This document shows positions 1-8,314 of a stretch of DNA of 64,000 nucleotides, in pieces (position 1 is the stretch's first letter; the number at the start of each line of letters is the position of its first letter). Source of the DNA: Clostridia bacterium DTU065. Its GTDB lineage: Bacteria > Bacillota > DTU065. Where the stretch lies: the NCBI GenBank assembly GCA_001512545.1, contig LFSI01000087.1, positions 22,242 through 86,241 on the forward strand. The letters run 5' to 3'. Both the position numbers and the translations under genes were made by a program. The notes beneath the pieces are model-generated. The model did not search any database and was not told where the DNA came from. It saw nothing but the letters and a program-made list of their open reading frames with translations.

Positions 1-60
1 AAACAGTACCAGGAAAACTGCCAGAAGCCCCAACTCTTTTTTGCTCATAGATATGATCAT
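1..60 (-). CDS. 5' end of a membrane protein gene running off the left edge (MIISMSKKELGLLAVFLVLF...)
   Basis: Open frame from ATG at 60 (or GTG at 63) with GGAGGTG upstream; hydrophobic N-terminus; truncated by the window edge. Confidence 0.6.
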   Translation of the reverse strand, partial: MIISMSKKELGLLAVFLVLF

Positions 61-77
61 CACTTTTCACCTCCATT

Positions 78-94
78 ATACCCCATGGGGGTAT
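78..94. promoter_or_regulatory. CsoR/RcnR-type operator (C-tract/G-tract pseudo-palindrome)
   Basis: ATACCCCATGGGGGTAT closely resembles the CsoR operator TACCC-N-GGGGGTA; overlaps a minus-strand TATAAT at 75-80. Confidence 0.7.
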
Positions 95-224
95 TTTTGA
101 AAACAGCTAGTTTCCTCCCTCCACTAAACTGTATTCGGTGCTTCCGCATTTTCTGCAGATTTCCGCGAATTCTCCTTACCCCATAAAAAAACGCCGCCCT
201 TATCGGGCAGCGTCTCGAAGAATA

Positions 225-956
225 CTATTTCTTGATTTTAGCTGCAGCTTCCTCATCCAAGAACAGGGTTACGTCGCGATGGAGCTGCAGGAGGCTTGCA
301 GGAAGATCCAGTGTGACTACGCCGTTTGTGGTGCCGTAGATGGCATCCTGCTTGCTCTTTCCGCTTGCAAGAAGAATGATCTCTTTAGATCTCAGGATGG
401 AACCTACACCCATGGTTACGGCGCGGGTTGGAACGTCTTCTTTCTTTTCGAAGAACCTGGCGTTGGCCTCGATTGTCGACTGGGCAAGGGCAACCAGGTG
501 GCTGTTTGCCTGCAGGCAGTTTGCCGGCTCGTTGAAGCCGATGTGTCCGTTGGTGCCGATGCCGAGAATCATCAGGTCGATTCCACCTACATCTGCGATA
601 GCCTTTTCGTAACGGAGGCACTCTTCGTTGGGATCTTCAGCAATACCGCTTAAAAAGTGGATGTTTTCCTTCTTGATGTTCACGTGGGAAAACAGATTGG
701 TTTCCATGAAGTAACGGTAGCTCTGGGGATGATCGCTATCAAGGCCGAGGTACTCGTCAAGGTTGAAGGTTCTAACCTTACTGAAGTCCAAACCCTCTTC
801 TTTGTGCAGCCTTACTAGCTCCTTGTACATACCCACTGGGGTTCCACCTGTGGGAAGGCCCAAAACAATATCCGGCTTAGCTTTAATAGCATCAGCTACA
901 TACTTTGCAGCTTCGATGCTCATCTCATCGTAAGTACTACTAATTACGTATTTCAA
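225..956 (-). CDS. nagB: glucosamine-6-phosphate deaminase
   Basis: Motifs LGLPTGGTP, TFNLDEY, LGIGTNGHIGFNEP and PASLLQLH; TTG start at 956 with AAGGAG RBS (the ORF-track extension to 1715 is not supported). Confidence 0.95.
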   Translation of the reverse strand: MKYVISSTYDEMSIEAAKYVADAIKAKPDIVLGLPTGGTPVGMYKELVRLHKEEGLDFSKVRTFNLDEYLGLDSDHPQSYRYFMETNLFSHVNIKKENIHFLSGIAEDPNEECLRYEKAIADVGGIDLMILGIGTNGHIGFNEPANCLQANSHLVALAQSTIEANARFFEKKEDVPTRAVTMGVGSILRSKEIILLASGKSKQDAIYGTTNGVVTLDLPASLLQLHRDVTLFLDEEAAAKIKK

Positions 957-1160
957 GTCGACTCTCTCCTTTTTCGTGTTTCCAATCCTTGTTATTCTCC
1001 TAAGTAAGACCCACTTCCTGCAAATTGTGCAAATTGTGGCACCCTCACACCTGCTTGTCAGATCTGGATTGTCAGAAAAACTACTTAAATTCCATACCGC
1101 ACCACATAGGAAATTCATAATTATCGGAGAACACCTTTTCACAGAAGGGAGGTTCCACCG

Positions 1161-2300
1161 ATGGTCAAAGTTGGCTTGGAAATTCTTCTGGAAAATGAAC
1201 TGAGCACGGTGTCTGGCAAAAGAGTCGGTCTCATTACAACCCCTACAGGCGTAGACAGCAGGCTCAACTCCAACGTGGACCTGCTTTTGGAGCACGGAGT
1301 CCGCGTTACTGCTCTTTTCGGTCCGGAGCACGGGGTAAGGGGTGATGCTCAAGCAGGCGAGTCGGTCCAATCGGGCAAAGATCCGAAGACCGGACTGCCC
1401 GTCTACTCCCTCTACGGTCCGACCAAAAAGCCTACCAAAGAGATGCTCGACGATGTAGACGTTTTGATTTTTGACATGCAGGATGTGGGCTGCCGCTACT
1501 ACACCTTCCTGTACACTCTGGCGTATGCTCAAGAAGCTGCAGCTGAGATGGGCAAGGAGTTTGTGGTTTTGGATCGCCCGAACCCCCTGGGAGGACTGAC
1601 TGTAGAAGGAAACTTGGTTAAGGGAGACTTTACCTCGTTTGTAGGCGGCTATTCCCTGCCCATACGCTACGGGCTTACTATCGGCGAGTTCAGCCTTTAT
1701 CTTGAAAGATACCACGGAGTCGGGAAGAAGCCCAAAGTGATCATGCTCTCCGGTTGGAAGCGGGGAATGTACTTTGGCGAAACTGCCCTGCCTTGGGTGC
1801 TACCTTCGCCGAACATTCCCACCGTTGACACGGCTTTCGTGTACCCCGGGACTTGCCTTTTTGAAGGGACCAATCTCTCAGAAGGCAGGGGCACTACCAA
1901 GCCCTTTGAGATCATCGGCGCTCCGTGGCTCGACGGCTTTGCCCTTGCAGATAGGCTAAACAGCTTCGAACTTCCCGGCGTGATTTTCAGACCGGTGTTC
2001 TTCACCCCAACCTTCTCTAAACACCAGGGAACTGGCTGTCAGGGCGTCCAGCTGCACATCACAGATTACGACAACTTTGCGCCGGTTAGAACTGCCCTCT
2101 TCCTCTTATCAGAGGTCTTTAAATACCAGGAATCCCGTTTTCTTGAAACAAACGACCACTGCTTCTTCGATCTTCTTGCAGGAGACAAGAAAGTCAGAGA
2201 GAAGCTCACCGCCAAAGCAGGACCCCAAGAGATCTGGGAAGAGATGGAAAGCGAAAACAGGTCTTTTGTGGAAAAAGCCAAATCCATCCTGCTTTACTAA
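1161..2300 (+). CDS. namZ: exo-beta-N-acetylmuramidase NamZ/YbbC (DUF1343)
   Basis: Motifs FGPEHG, DMQDVGCRYYTF, LDRPNP, LPWVLPSPNIP and SEGRGTT; GGGAGG RBS. Confidence 0.9.
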   Translation: MVKVGLEILLENELSTVSGKRVGLITTPTGVDSRLNSNVDLLLEHGVRVTALFGPEHGVRGDAQAGESVQSGKDPKTGLPVYSLYGPTKKPTKEMLDDVDVLIFDMQDVGCRYYTFLYTLAYAQEAAAEMGKEFVVLDRPNPLGGLTVEGNLVKGDFTSFVGGYSLPIRYGLTIGEFSLYLERYHGVGKKPKVIMLSGWKRGMYFGETALPWVLPSPNIPTVDTAFVYPGTCLFEGTNLSEGRGTTKPFEIIGAPWLDGFALADRLNSFELPGVIFRPVFFTPTFSKHQGTGCQGVQLHITDYDNFAPVRTALFLLSEVFKYQESRFLETNDHCFFDLLAGDKKVREKLTAKAGPQEIWEEMESENRSFVEKAKSILLY

Positions 2301-2317
2301 ACTTGAGGAGATAGTTT

Positions 2318-3430
2318 ATGGAAAGTCTAGTTTACGCAGAGCCGGCATCTTTAGGCATCGATCCGGAAAAGTTCAAAGAAGCCGAAGCTGTGCTTAAAGA
2401 AGAAATTGAAAAGGGATCTGCTCCAGGTGCTGTTGCCCTGGTGCTCTACCAAAACAAGATCGCCTACCACTATGCTTTCGGAAAGAGGGCCTTAGTTCCC
2501 GAACCGGAAGAGATAACCCTTGACACCATTTACGACCTTGCCTCCATCACCAAATGCGTCGCCACCACAACTGCCTGCATGATGTTGATGGAGCAGGGCT
2601 TGATAGGTTTGGAAGACCCCATCGCCAAGTTCTTTCCAGATTTTGCAGGTAAGGAAGAGATCACCATCTTCCACCTGCTCACCCACACTTCCGGGCTTCC
2701 TGCTTGGCTGCCTTTGTATCAGGAGGCAAGAAGCAAAGAGGACTACAGAAAAGCTCTGGCTGAAAGCGATCTGGAACACCAGCCTGGGGCAAAAGTGGTT
2801 TACAGCTGTTTGGGTTTCATTCTCTTAGGCCTAATCCTGGAAAAGGTCGCAGGAGAAGAGTTGGACGCGTTTTTGCAAAAAGCGCTCTTTGATCCTTTGG
2901 GTATGGAAGACACGTGCTTCAATCCCAAGAAAAATTTCGGACCCGAAAAACTCCTGCGAGTTGCTCCCACAGAAGCTACCGAAGATAGGGGGCTTCTGCG
3001 AGGAGAAGTCCACGACGAAAACGCCTACTGCATCGGAGGTGTGAGCGGGAACGCCGGTCTCTTCTCCACAGCCGTGGATCTGGCAAAGTTTGCTTCCATG
3101 CTGCTTTCCGGCGGGGTGTTCCAAGGAAGAAAGATCCTTGAGCAAAAAACCATTGAGTTGATGACCCAAAACCATACCGCTCCAGTTACGCCCAATAGAG
3201 GCCTCGGATGGCTGAAGAAGAACCCGATCTCCAGCGGCGGCAGCCTCCTGACAGATGCAAGCTACGGCCACACCGGCTTTACAGGAACATCAATGTGGCT
3301 CGATCCCGTCCTTAACGTGGCCATCATCCTCCTAACCAACCAGGTCCATCCAAGTAGACACCAGGGCGGAGTGGCCAAGCTTAGATCGTCCTTTGCTGAT
3401 GCAGTTGTCTCGGCGCTGCCAAAACGCTAA
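2318..3430 (+). CDS. serine hydrolase, beta-lactamase family (AmiE/YbbE-like peptidoglycan-recycling amidase)
   Basis: SxxK (ASITK), LLTHTSGL, YSCLGF, GHTGFTG; directly downstream of namZ. Confidence 0.8.
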   Translation: MESLVYAEPASLGIDPEKFKEAEAVLKEEIEKGSAPGAVALVLYQNKIAYHYAFGKRALVPEPEEITLDTIYDLASITKCVATTTACMMLMEQGLIGLEDPIAKFFPDFAGKEEITIFHLLTHTSGLPAWLPLYQEARSKEDYRKALAESDLEHQPGAKVVYSCLGFILLGLILEKVAGEELDAFLQKALFDPLGMEDTCFNPKKNFGPEKLLRVAPTEATEDRGLLRGEVHDENAYCIGGVSGNAGLFSTAVDLAKFASMLLSGGVFQGRKILEQKTIELMTQNHTAPVTPNRGLGWLKKNPISSGGSLLTDASYGHTGFTGTSMWLDPVLNVAIILLTNQVHPSRHQGGVAKLRSSFADAVVSALPKR

Positions 3431-3504
3431 AGAAAGCAAAAGCACCCTTGCTGTTTCTCAAAGGTCTTTAAGGCCTTACGGGAAACTTGGGGTGCTTCTT
3501 TTTT

Positions 3505-4698
3505 TTACTTATTCAAAAGCTCTGCAACCTGCATTACGTCTTTGTCCCCTCTTCCGGACAGGTTGACGATAATGATCTGATCTTTAGAAAGCTGCGGAGC
3601 CAACTTCATTGCATGGGCAACAGCGTGCGAGCTTTCAAGAGCGGGAATGATGCCCTCGGTTTTGCTGAGGAATTTGAATGCATCGAGAGCTTCCTGGTCG
3701 GTAACTACTGCATACTCTGCCCGACCGATTTCCTTGTAGTAGGAGTGTTCGGGACCAACTCCGGGATAGTCCAGGCCTGCGGCGATGGAGTACACCGGCA
3801 GGGGTTCGCCTGTCTCGTCCTCCAGGGAGTAGCATTTGAAGCCATGAATCTGGCCTTTTTTCCCTTTAGTTAAAGTCGCTGCGTGGTAGGGTGTGTCCAG
3901 ACCCTTTCCTCCGGGTTCTACCCCGATGAGCTTTACCTCTTTATCTTCAAAGAACGGTGCAAAGAGTCCGATGGCGTTGCTCCCACCGCCTACGCAGGCA
4001 ACGAGATAGTCAGGCAGACGGCCTTCGCGCTCTAGGATCTGCTCTCTGGCTTCTCTACCGATGACCGACTGGAAGTCTCTAACAATCATGGGATACGGAT
4101 AAGGACCTACCGCCGAACCGATCATGTAGTACGTTGTCTCGTAGTTGGCAACAAGGTCCATGAACGCTTCATCTACGGCCTCTTTCAGGGTTCTTTCACC
4201 AGACTTAACCGGAACCACTTTGGCGCCTAGAAGCTCCATGCGGAAGACGTTAAGCGCCTGGCGCTTGGTATCTTCTTCACCCATGTAGATGACGCACTCC
4301 ATATCGAAAAGAGCACAGGCTGTAGCGGTAGCAACACCGTGTTGACCGGCACCTGTCTCCGCGATAATTCGCTTTTTACCAAGCCTTTTTGCCAATAGGA
4401 CCTGACCGATGGTGTTGTTGATCTTATGTGCACCAGTGTGGTTCAGGTCTTCTCTTTTGAAGTAAACCTTCGCTCCTCCGAGCTTTTCGGAGAACTTCTC
4501 TGCGTAGTAGAGGACGCTGGGTCTGCCAACGTAGTCTCTAATGAGATCCTCAAACTCCTTCTGGAATTGGGGATCATCCTTGCACTCGAGGTAGCATTGG
4601 GCGATCTCATCTAGGACCTTCTGCACCTCGGCGGGCACAAAAGAACCTCCGAATTCACCGTAATAGCCCTTTTGGTCAGGTAACATCATAGTAGACAT
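3505..4698 (-). CDS. trpB: tryptophan synthase beta chain (no trpA adjacent)
   Basis: [54 protein letters not shown]. Confidence 0.97.
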   Translation of the reverse strand: MSTMMLPDQKGYYGEFGGSFVPAEVQKVLDEIAQCYLECKDDPQFQKEFEDLIRDYVGRPSVLYYAEKFSEKLGGAKVYFKREDLNHTGAHKINNTIGQVLLAKRLGKKRIIAETGAGQHGVATATACALFDMECVIYMGEEDTKRQALNVFRMELLGAKVVPVKSGERTLKEAVDEAFMDLVANYETTYYMIGSAVGPYPYPMIVRDFQSVIGREAREQILEREGRLPDYLVACVGGGSNAIGLFAPFFEDKEVKLIGVEPGGKGLDTPYHAATLTKGKKGQIHGFKCYSLEDETGEPLPVYSIAAGLDYPGVGPEHSYYKEIGRAEYAVVTDQEALDAFKFLSKTEGIIPALESSHAVAHAMKLAPQLSKDQIIIVNLSGRGDKDVMQVAELLNK

Positions 4699-4748
4699 AA
4701 AAAACCTCCTTGACTAGAGTCAAAGAGCCATTAGTAACAATAAGTTCA

Positions 4749-4781
4749 CTCTGCTCAGCTAAACTCAGCTCGGCTCGTCTT
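4749..4781 (-). promoter_or_regulatory. TRAP (MtrB)-type binding array in the trpB leader
   Basis: Minus strand reads AAG-ac-GAG-cc-GAG-ct-GAG-tt-TAG-ct-GAG-ca-GAG: seven NAG triplets with 2-nt spacers upstream of a Trp gene. Confidence 0.8.
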
Positions 4782-4866
4782 GACCCTGTGTAATGAAACT
4801 TAAAGTTAGGTATTCAACCGAATTTGTAAATCTCCTGCAATTATTTGGTTAACTTATGTTTTTTAT

Positions 4867-4895
4867 GAATAGTATTCGTTTATCTTCTCAAAATA
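4867..4895 (+). promoter_or_regulatory. putative sigG-type (forespore) promoter
   Basis: GAATA-N17-CAAAATA just upstream of the RBS of the L,D-transpeptidase gene. Confidence 0.45.
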
Positions 4896-4914
4896 AGTCT
4901 AGGGAGGTGAGACT

Positions 4915-5970
4915 ATGCGCCGCCACTTACCGTTCTTTCTATTGTTAGCGCTTTTACTCCTAATTATTTGGGACATCCCCTTTGTTCCAAAGGAAATTTA
5001 CGAACCCCATCTGGAGAGCTTATATGCTGCCGACCATGAGGAAGAAAACGCGGTTCTTCCCGACGCCCAAACAGCGGACGTCAATCCCGCTGACAATCTC
5101 ATCGTCTCTCCGTTGCATCTGGCAAGCTTCTGCCCGTACTGCGAAGCAGAACCTATTATCAAGCCCGGTGACAGTTCAGATGACCTGCCTGGCATTCTGG
5201 AGTTTCTCAAGGATAGAGGCTACTACAAAGGCGAGCTGACGTCTCACTACACCGATGAGGCAGTGGCTGCCGTTAAAACCTTCCAGCTCGACAACAAGCT
5301 GACCGTCGACGGCATCATAGGCGCCCAGACCTGGCAGGCCATAGGCAGCTCTTTTGCCACTTTACCTATGGCAAAAGCCAAGCCCGAGACTGACAATCTT
5401 TCTATTTTCGTCGACCTCTGGCAGAGGCAGCTCACCGTTTTTGCAGACGGCGTGCCCTACAAGACCTATCCAATTGCCATAGGAAAAGCTTCCACTCCGA
5501 CCCCTGTAGGTCAGTGGAAAATCACCGGCAAGCTGTACATGGGCGGGGCTTTTGGTCCGCGGTTTCTCTCGTTGAATGTACCTTGGGGAAACTACGGAAT
5601 CCACGGCACAAACAGGCCCAATTCCATCAGCACAGCTGCAAGTGCAGGCTGCATCCGCATGTACAATCCGGACATTCTGGAGCTGTTCAGTTGGGTCAGC
5701 GTTGGCACTCCAGTAACGATCTACAACGGTCCCTATCCTAAAGCTTCTTTCGACAAACCCACCCTGCAGGTAGGATCGGTAGGGTCTGCAGTCTACGAAG
5801 TGCAGCAGGCACTGAAAGACATGGGCTACATCACCTTCAACCCCGACGGGGTTTTCGGCTCCGGTACCCAAAACGCAATAAAAAAGTTACAGGAAGATTA
5901 CAACCTTCCTGTAACTGGAGTGGTCTCGGGAAAGACCTACGATGTCTTGGGCTTATATGTCTTCGACTAG
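4915..5970 (+). CDS. L,D-transpeptidase (YkuD domain) flanked by two peptidoglycan-binding domains
   Basis: N-terminal hydrophobic anchor; GIHGT...SAGCIRM catalytic motif; AVKTFQ..L.VDGIIG and DGVFG..T..AIKKLQ PG_binding_1-like repeats. Confidence 0.88.
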   Translation: MRRHLPFFLLLALLLLIIWDIPFVPKEIYEPHLESLYAADHEEENAVLPDAQTADVNPADNLIVSPLHLASFCPYCEAEPIIKPGDSSDDLPGILEFLKDRGYYKGELTSHYTDEAVAAVKTFQLDNKLTVDGIIGAQTWQAIGSSFATLPMAKAKPETDNLSIFVDLWQRQLTVFADGVPYKTYPIAIGKASTPTPVGQWKITGKLYMGGAFGPRFLSLNVPWGNYGIHGTNRPNSISTAASAGCIRMYNPDILELFSWVSVGTPVTIYNGPYPKASFDKPTLQVGSVGSAVYEVQQALKDMGYITFNPDGVFGSGTQNAIKKLQEDYNLPVTGVVSGKTYDVLGLYVFD

Positions 5971-5982
5971 CCCTCTGTCTGT

Positions 5983-8199
5983 TCAGCTTTCTATATCTAC
6001 GAGCCGGCGATCTACTGTTTCTAGTAGGTCGCCTGCTTTTTCTCCTAGTAAATACAGCTCGTGCAGAGCTCGCGTGCAGGCAATATACAAAAGCTTCTTG
6101 TCGTCTGCGAAGGAGCCTAGGCAGGTCACAACAACCGCATCGAACTCCAGGCCTTTAGCCAAAAACACCGGTAGGACGATACCCCCGCTGGGGAGGATCT
6201 CCGTTTCCGCATCAACGACAGTCAGCTTCACTTCAAAGGCGCTGAGGCTCTCAGCGACCTCCTGAGCTTCTTTGTAAGTCTTGGTGATGACGGCAATGTT
6301 CTTATATGGCTTTTGGCCGAGATCTTGCAGGAGCGCTGCCAACCTTCGGGGATCCTGCTTTAGGATCACTAAAGGTTTTTTGCCTTTTCTCAGCACCGGC
6401 TCGATCTTCTTTTCCAGCCCCAATAGGGCTGCGGAGAAACTGGTGATCTCCACAGTGGACCTGTAGGTCTTCTGCAGGTTGATGGTGTTGGCCTTTTCGA
6501 TGCCGATGCTCTCTGCCACGTACTCTTCGGGATTGCCCCTCTCTAAAAGAGACTGATTGGTATCGCCGAGCACGGTGAAAGAAGCTTCGGAGAAAGCCTG
6601 AGCAATGACCTTCAGCTCTAACGCCGAATAATCCTGAACCTCATCGATCACCACATGTTTAATGTTATCTGCAAGAAAACTTCCCTCTAACCGCTGTTTG
6701 AGAAAGGCCAGAGCTGCAAGATCCTCTTTAAGCAGGCGCTTTTCTGCAAGGCAGCGGGCAGTGTAAGCCATAATCTCGCTTAAGCTCTCTATGGAACCTG
6801 CTCCTGCAAGTTTTTGGAAGAGGAGCGGATTTTGGAAGAGCTTTGCATACTCTTCAAACAGATCCAAGCTTACAAGCTTTGCGATGCGCTCCTTCAGTTC
6901 TACGCTGCTAGCCAAAGCTCTACGCTTTGCTTCCCTGCGCAGCCCAGCTTCGGACTTTTTCTGCAGGTTAGCTCTGAGAAGCCCTTTAAAGATCTCTTCC
7001 TCACGTCGTTTTTCCAGCGGCTCCAGAAGCGCGTGCAGTCTTCTTTCCAGCTTTTCCAGGCGCTTTTTAAACGGCAGGTAGGCGTACTTCTCCTTCACGC
7101 AGCTGTAGAACTCCTCACCTGTCAGTACCGTCTCGCCGTTGTACACAAAGTCGGGAACGTTTCTATACCGTTCTTCGAGGTATCTTGCATAGTTTTCCAA
7201 AACCTCGAGAAACTGCGGCGAGTTTTTGTAGACGACGGTGCGTTTTTTCACCGACTCTATATCGCTTTGGAATAAGCTCTCGTACTCCTCGAAGTCATGC
7301 TCCAGGCTATAGCCTTCGGGATTAACAATCCGTTTTGCCAGTCTGTAGAAGGTAGTCTGCTTGACGTTTTCTTCGCCTAGATTGGGAAGAACCTCCGAAA
7401 TGTAGTCCTGGAAGATGCTGCTGGGAGAAAAAATGACGATGTTGTTTGCACTGAGGCTTTCCCTCTTCTTGTAGAGAAGGTAGGCGATGCGGTGCAGGGC
7501 TATAGAAGTCTTGCCGCTTCCACCTGGCCCCCAGACCACAACCAAATCGTGCTTTTCATCGCGAATTGCCTGATTCTGCTCCTTCTGAATGGTCATGACG
7601 ATGTCTCTCATGCGTCCGTCTGTGGACTGGCTGAGAATCTCCTGCAGCATCTCGTCTTCGATGTTGATACTGCTGTCGAACATGTAGAGCATCTGGCTTT
7701 TTTCTATGCGGAACTGCCTTTTCAGGGTGATCTCGCCGTGAACCACACCGAGATCGCAAACATAGCTAGCTTCACCTAAAGGAAAGTCGTAGAAGAGACT
7801 TGCAATAGGCGTGCGCCAGTCATAGATCAGGTTCTGGTAAGTCTTGGGATGAATGAAGCCGTTGACGCCGATATAGATGGTCTCGGCGCTGCCGTTAAAC
7901 TTCACATCGATGCGGGCAAAATAAGGAGAGTTTTTGAGCCTTTCCAGCCGATTCTTCTCTTTGAGGTAGAACGCCAAACTCTCTTCCACTCTCTGCAGTT
8001 CCAAGAGCCCTTGTGCCAGTTCATTGGCATCTGTAGCGTCGCGCACAAGGCGTGGAGACTCCTCCCAGAGGTACTTCCTGACTGTCAGCACACGCTCCTT
8101 GCTTTTTGCAATGCGGTTTTCCAGATCAACCAGTTCGTCTTGAATAATACCTACAATCTTCTTCAGGTGTTTGATCTCTAGCTCCTTGGCACTACCCAC
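5983..8199 (-). CDS. helD: HelD-family RNA polymerase recycling ATPase/helicase
   Basis: SPYFARID, IYDWRTPIASLFY, IVMTIQKEQN, GPGGSGKT, IDEVQD, YRSTVEI, AKGLEFD, ACTRALH. Confidence 0.88.
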   Translation of the reverse strand: MGSAKELEIKHLKKIVGIIQDELVDLENRIAKSKERVLTVRKYLWEESPRLVRDATDANELAQGLLELQRVEESLAFYLKEKNRLERLKNSPYFARIDVKFNGSAETIYIGVNGFIHPKTYQNLIYDWRTPIASLFYDFPLGEASYVCDLGVVHGEITLKRQFRIEKSQMLYMFDSSINIEDEMLQEILSQSTDGRMRDIVMTIQKEQNQAIRDEKHDLVVVWGPGGSGKTSIALHRIAYLLYKKRESLSANNIVIFSPSSIFQDYISEVLPNLGEENVKQTTFYRLAKRIVNPEGYSLEHDFEEYESLFQSDIESVKKRTVVYKNSPQFLEVLENYARYLEERYRNVPDFVYNGETVLTGEEFYSCVKEKYAYLPFKKRLEKLERRLHALLEPLEKRREEEIFKGLLRANLQKKSEAGLRREAKRRALASSVELKERIAKLVSLDLFEEYAKLFQNPLLFQKLAGAGSIESLSEIMAYTARCLAEKRLLKEDLAALAFLKQRLEGSFLADNIKHVVIDEVQDYSALELKVIAQAFSEASFTVLGDTNQSLLERGNPEEYVAESIGIEKANTINLQKTYRSTVEITSFSAALLGLEKKIEPVLRKGKKPLVILKQDPRRLAALLQDLGQKPYKNIAVITKTYKEAQEVAESLSAFEVKLTVVDAETEILPSGGIVLPVFLAKGLEFDAVVVTCLGSFADDKKLLYIACTRALHELYLLGEKAGDLLETVDRRLVDIES

Positions 8200-8314
8200 A
8201 ACTATCCCTCCTCAGGCTGCTGCATCTCCCATATCCTATATATTATATCAAAATCTCAGTTTACTGTGCCCGCTTTTGCCAATTCTGCGATAACGGTACT
8301 TGACGTAAAAAAAC

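Noticed and set aside
138..653. Antisense/shadow ORFs (this one and many others, e.g. 28963-29580, 47107-47823, 49332-50051, 52678-53451)
   Set aside because: They lie opposite well-supported genes and have no recognisable motifs or RBS.
957..1715. Long N-terminal extension of nagB in the ORF track (496 aa)
   Set aside because: It is the antisense of namZ plus intergenic DNA; NagB homology and an RBS begin at TTG 956.
2318..3430. Beta-lactamase resistance gene
   Set aside because: No signal peptide, and the context beside namZ/nagB points to peptidoglycan recycling.
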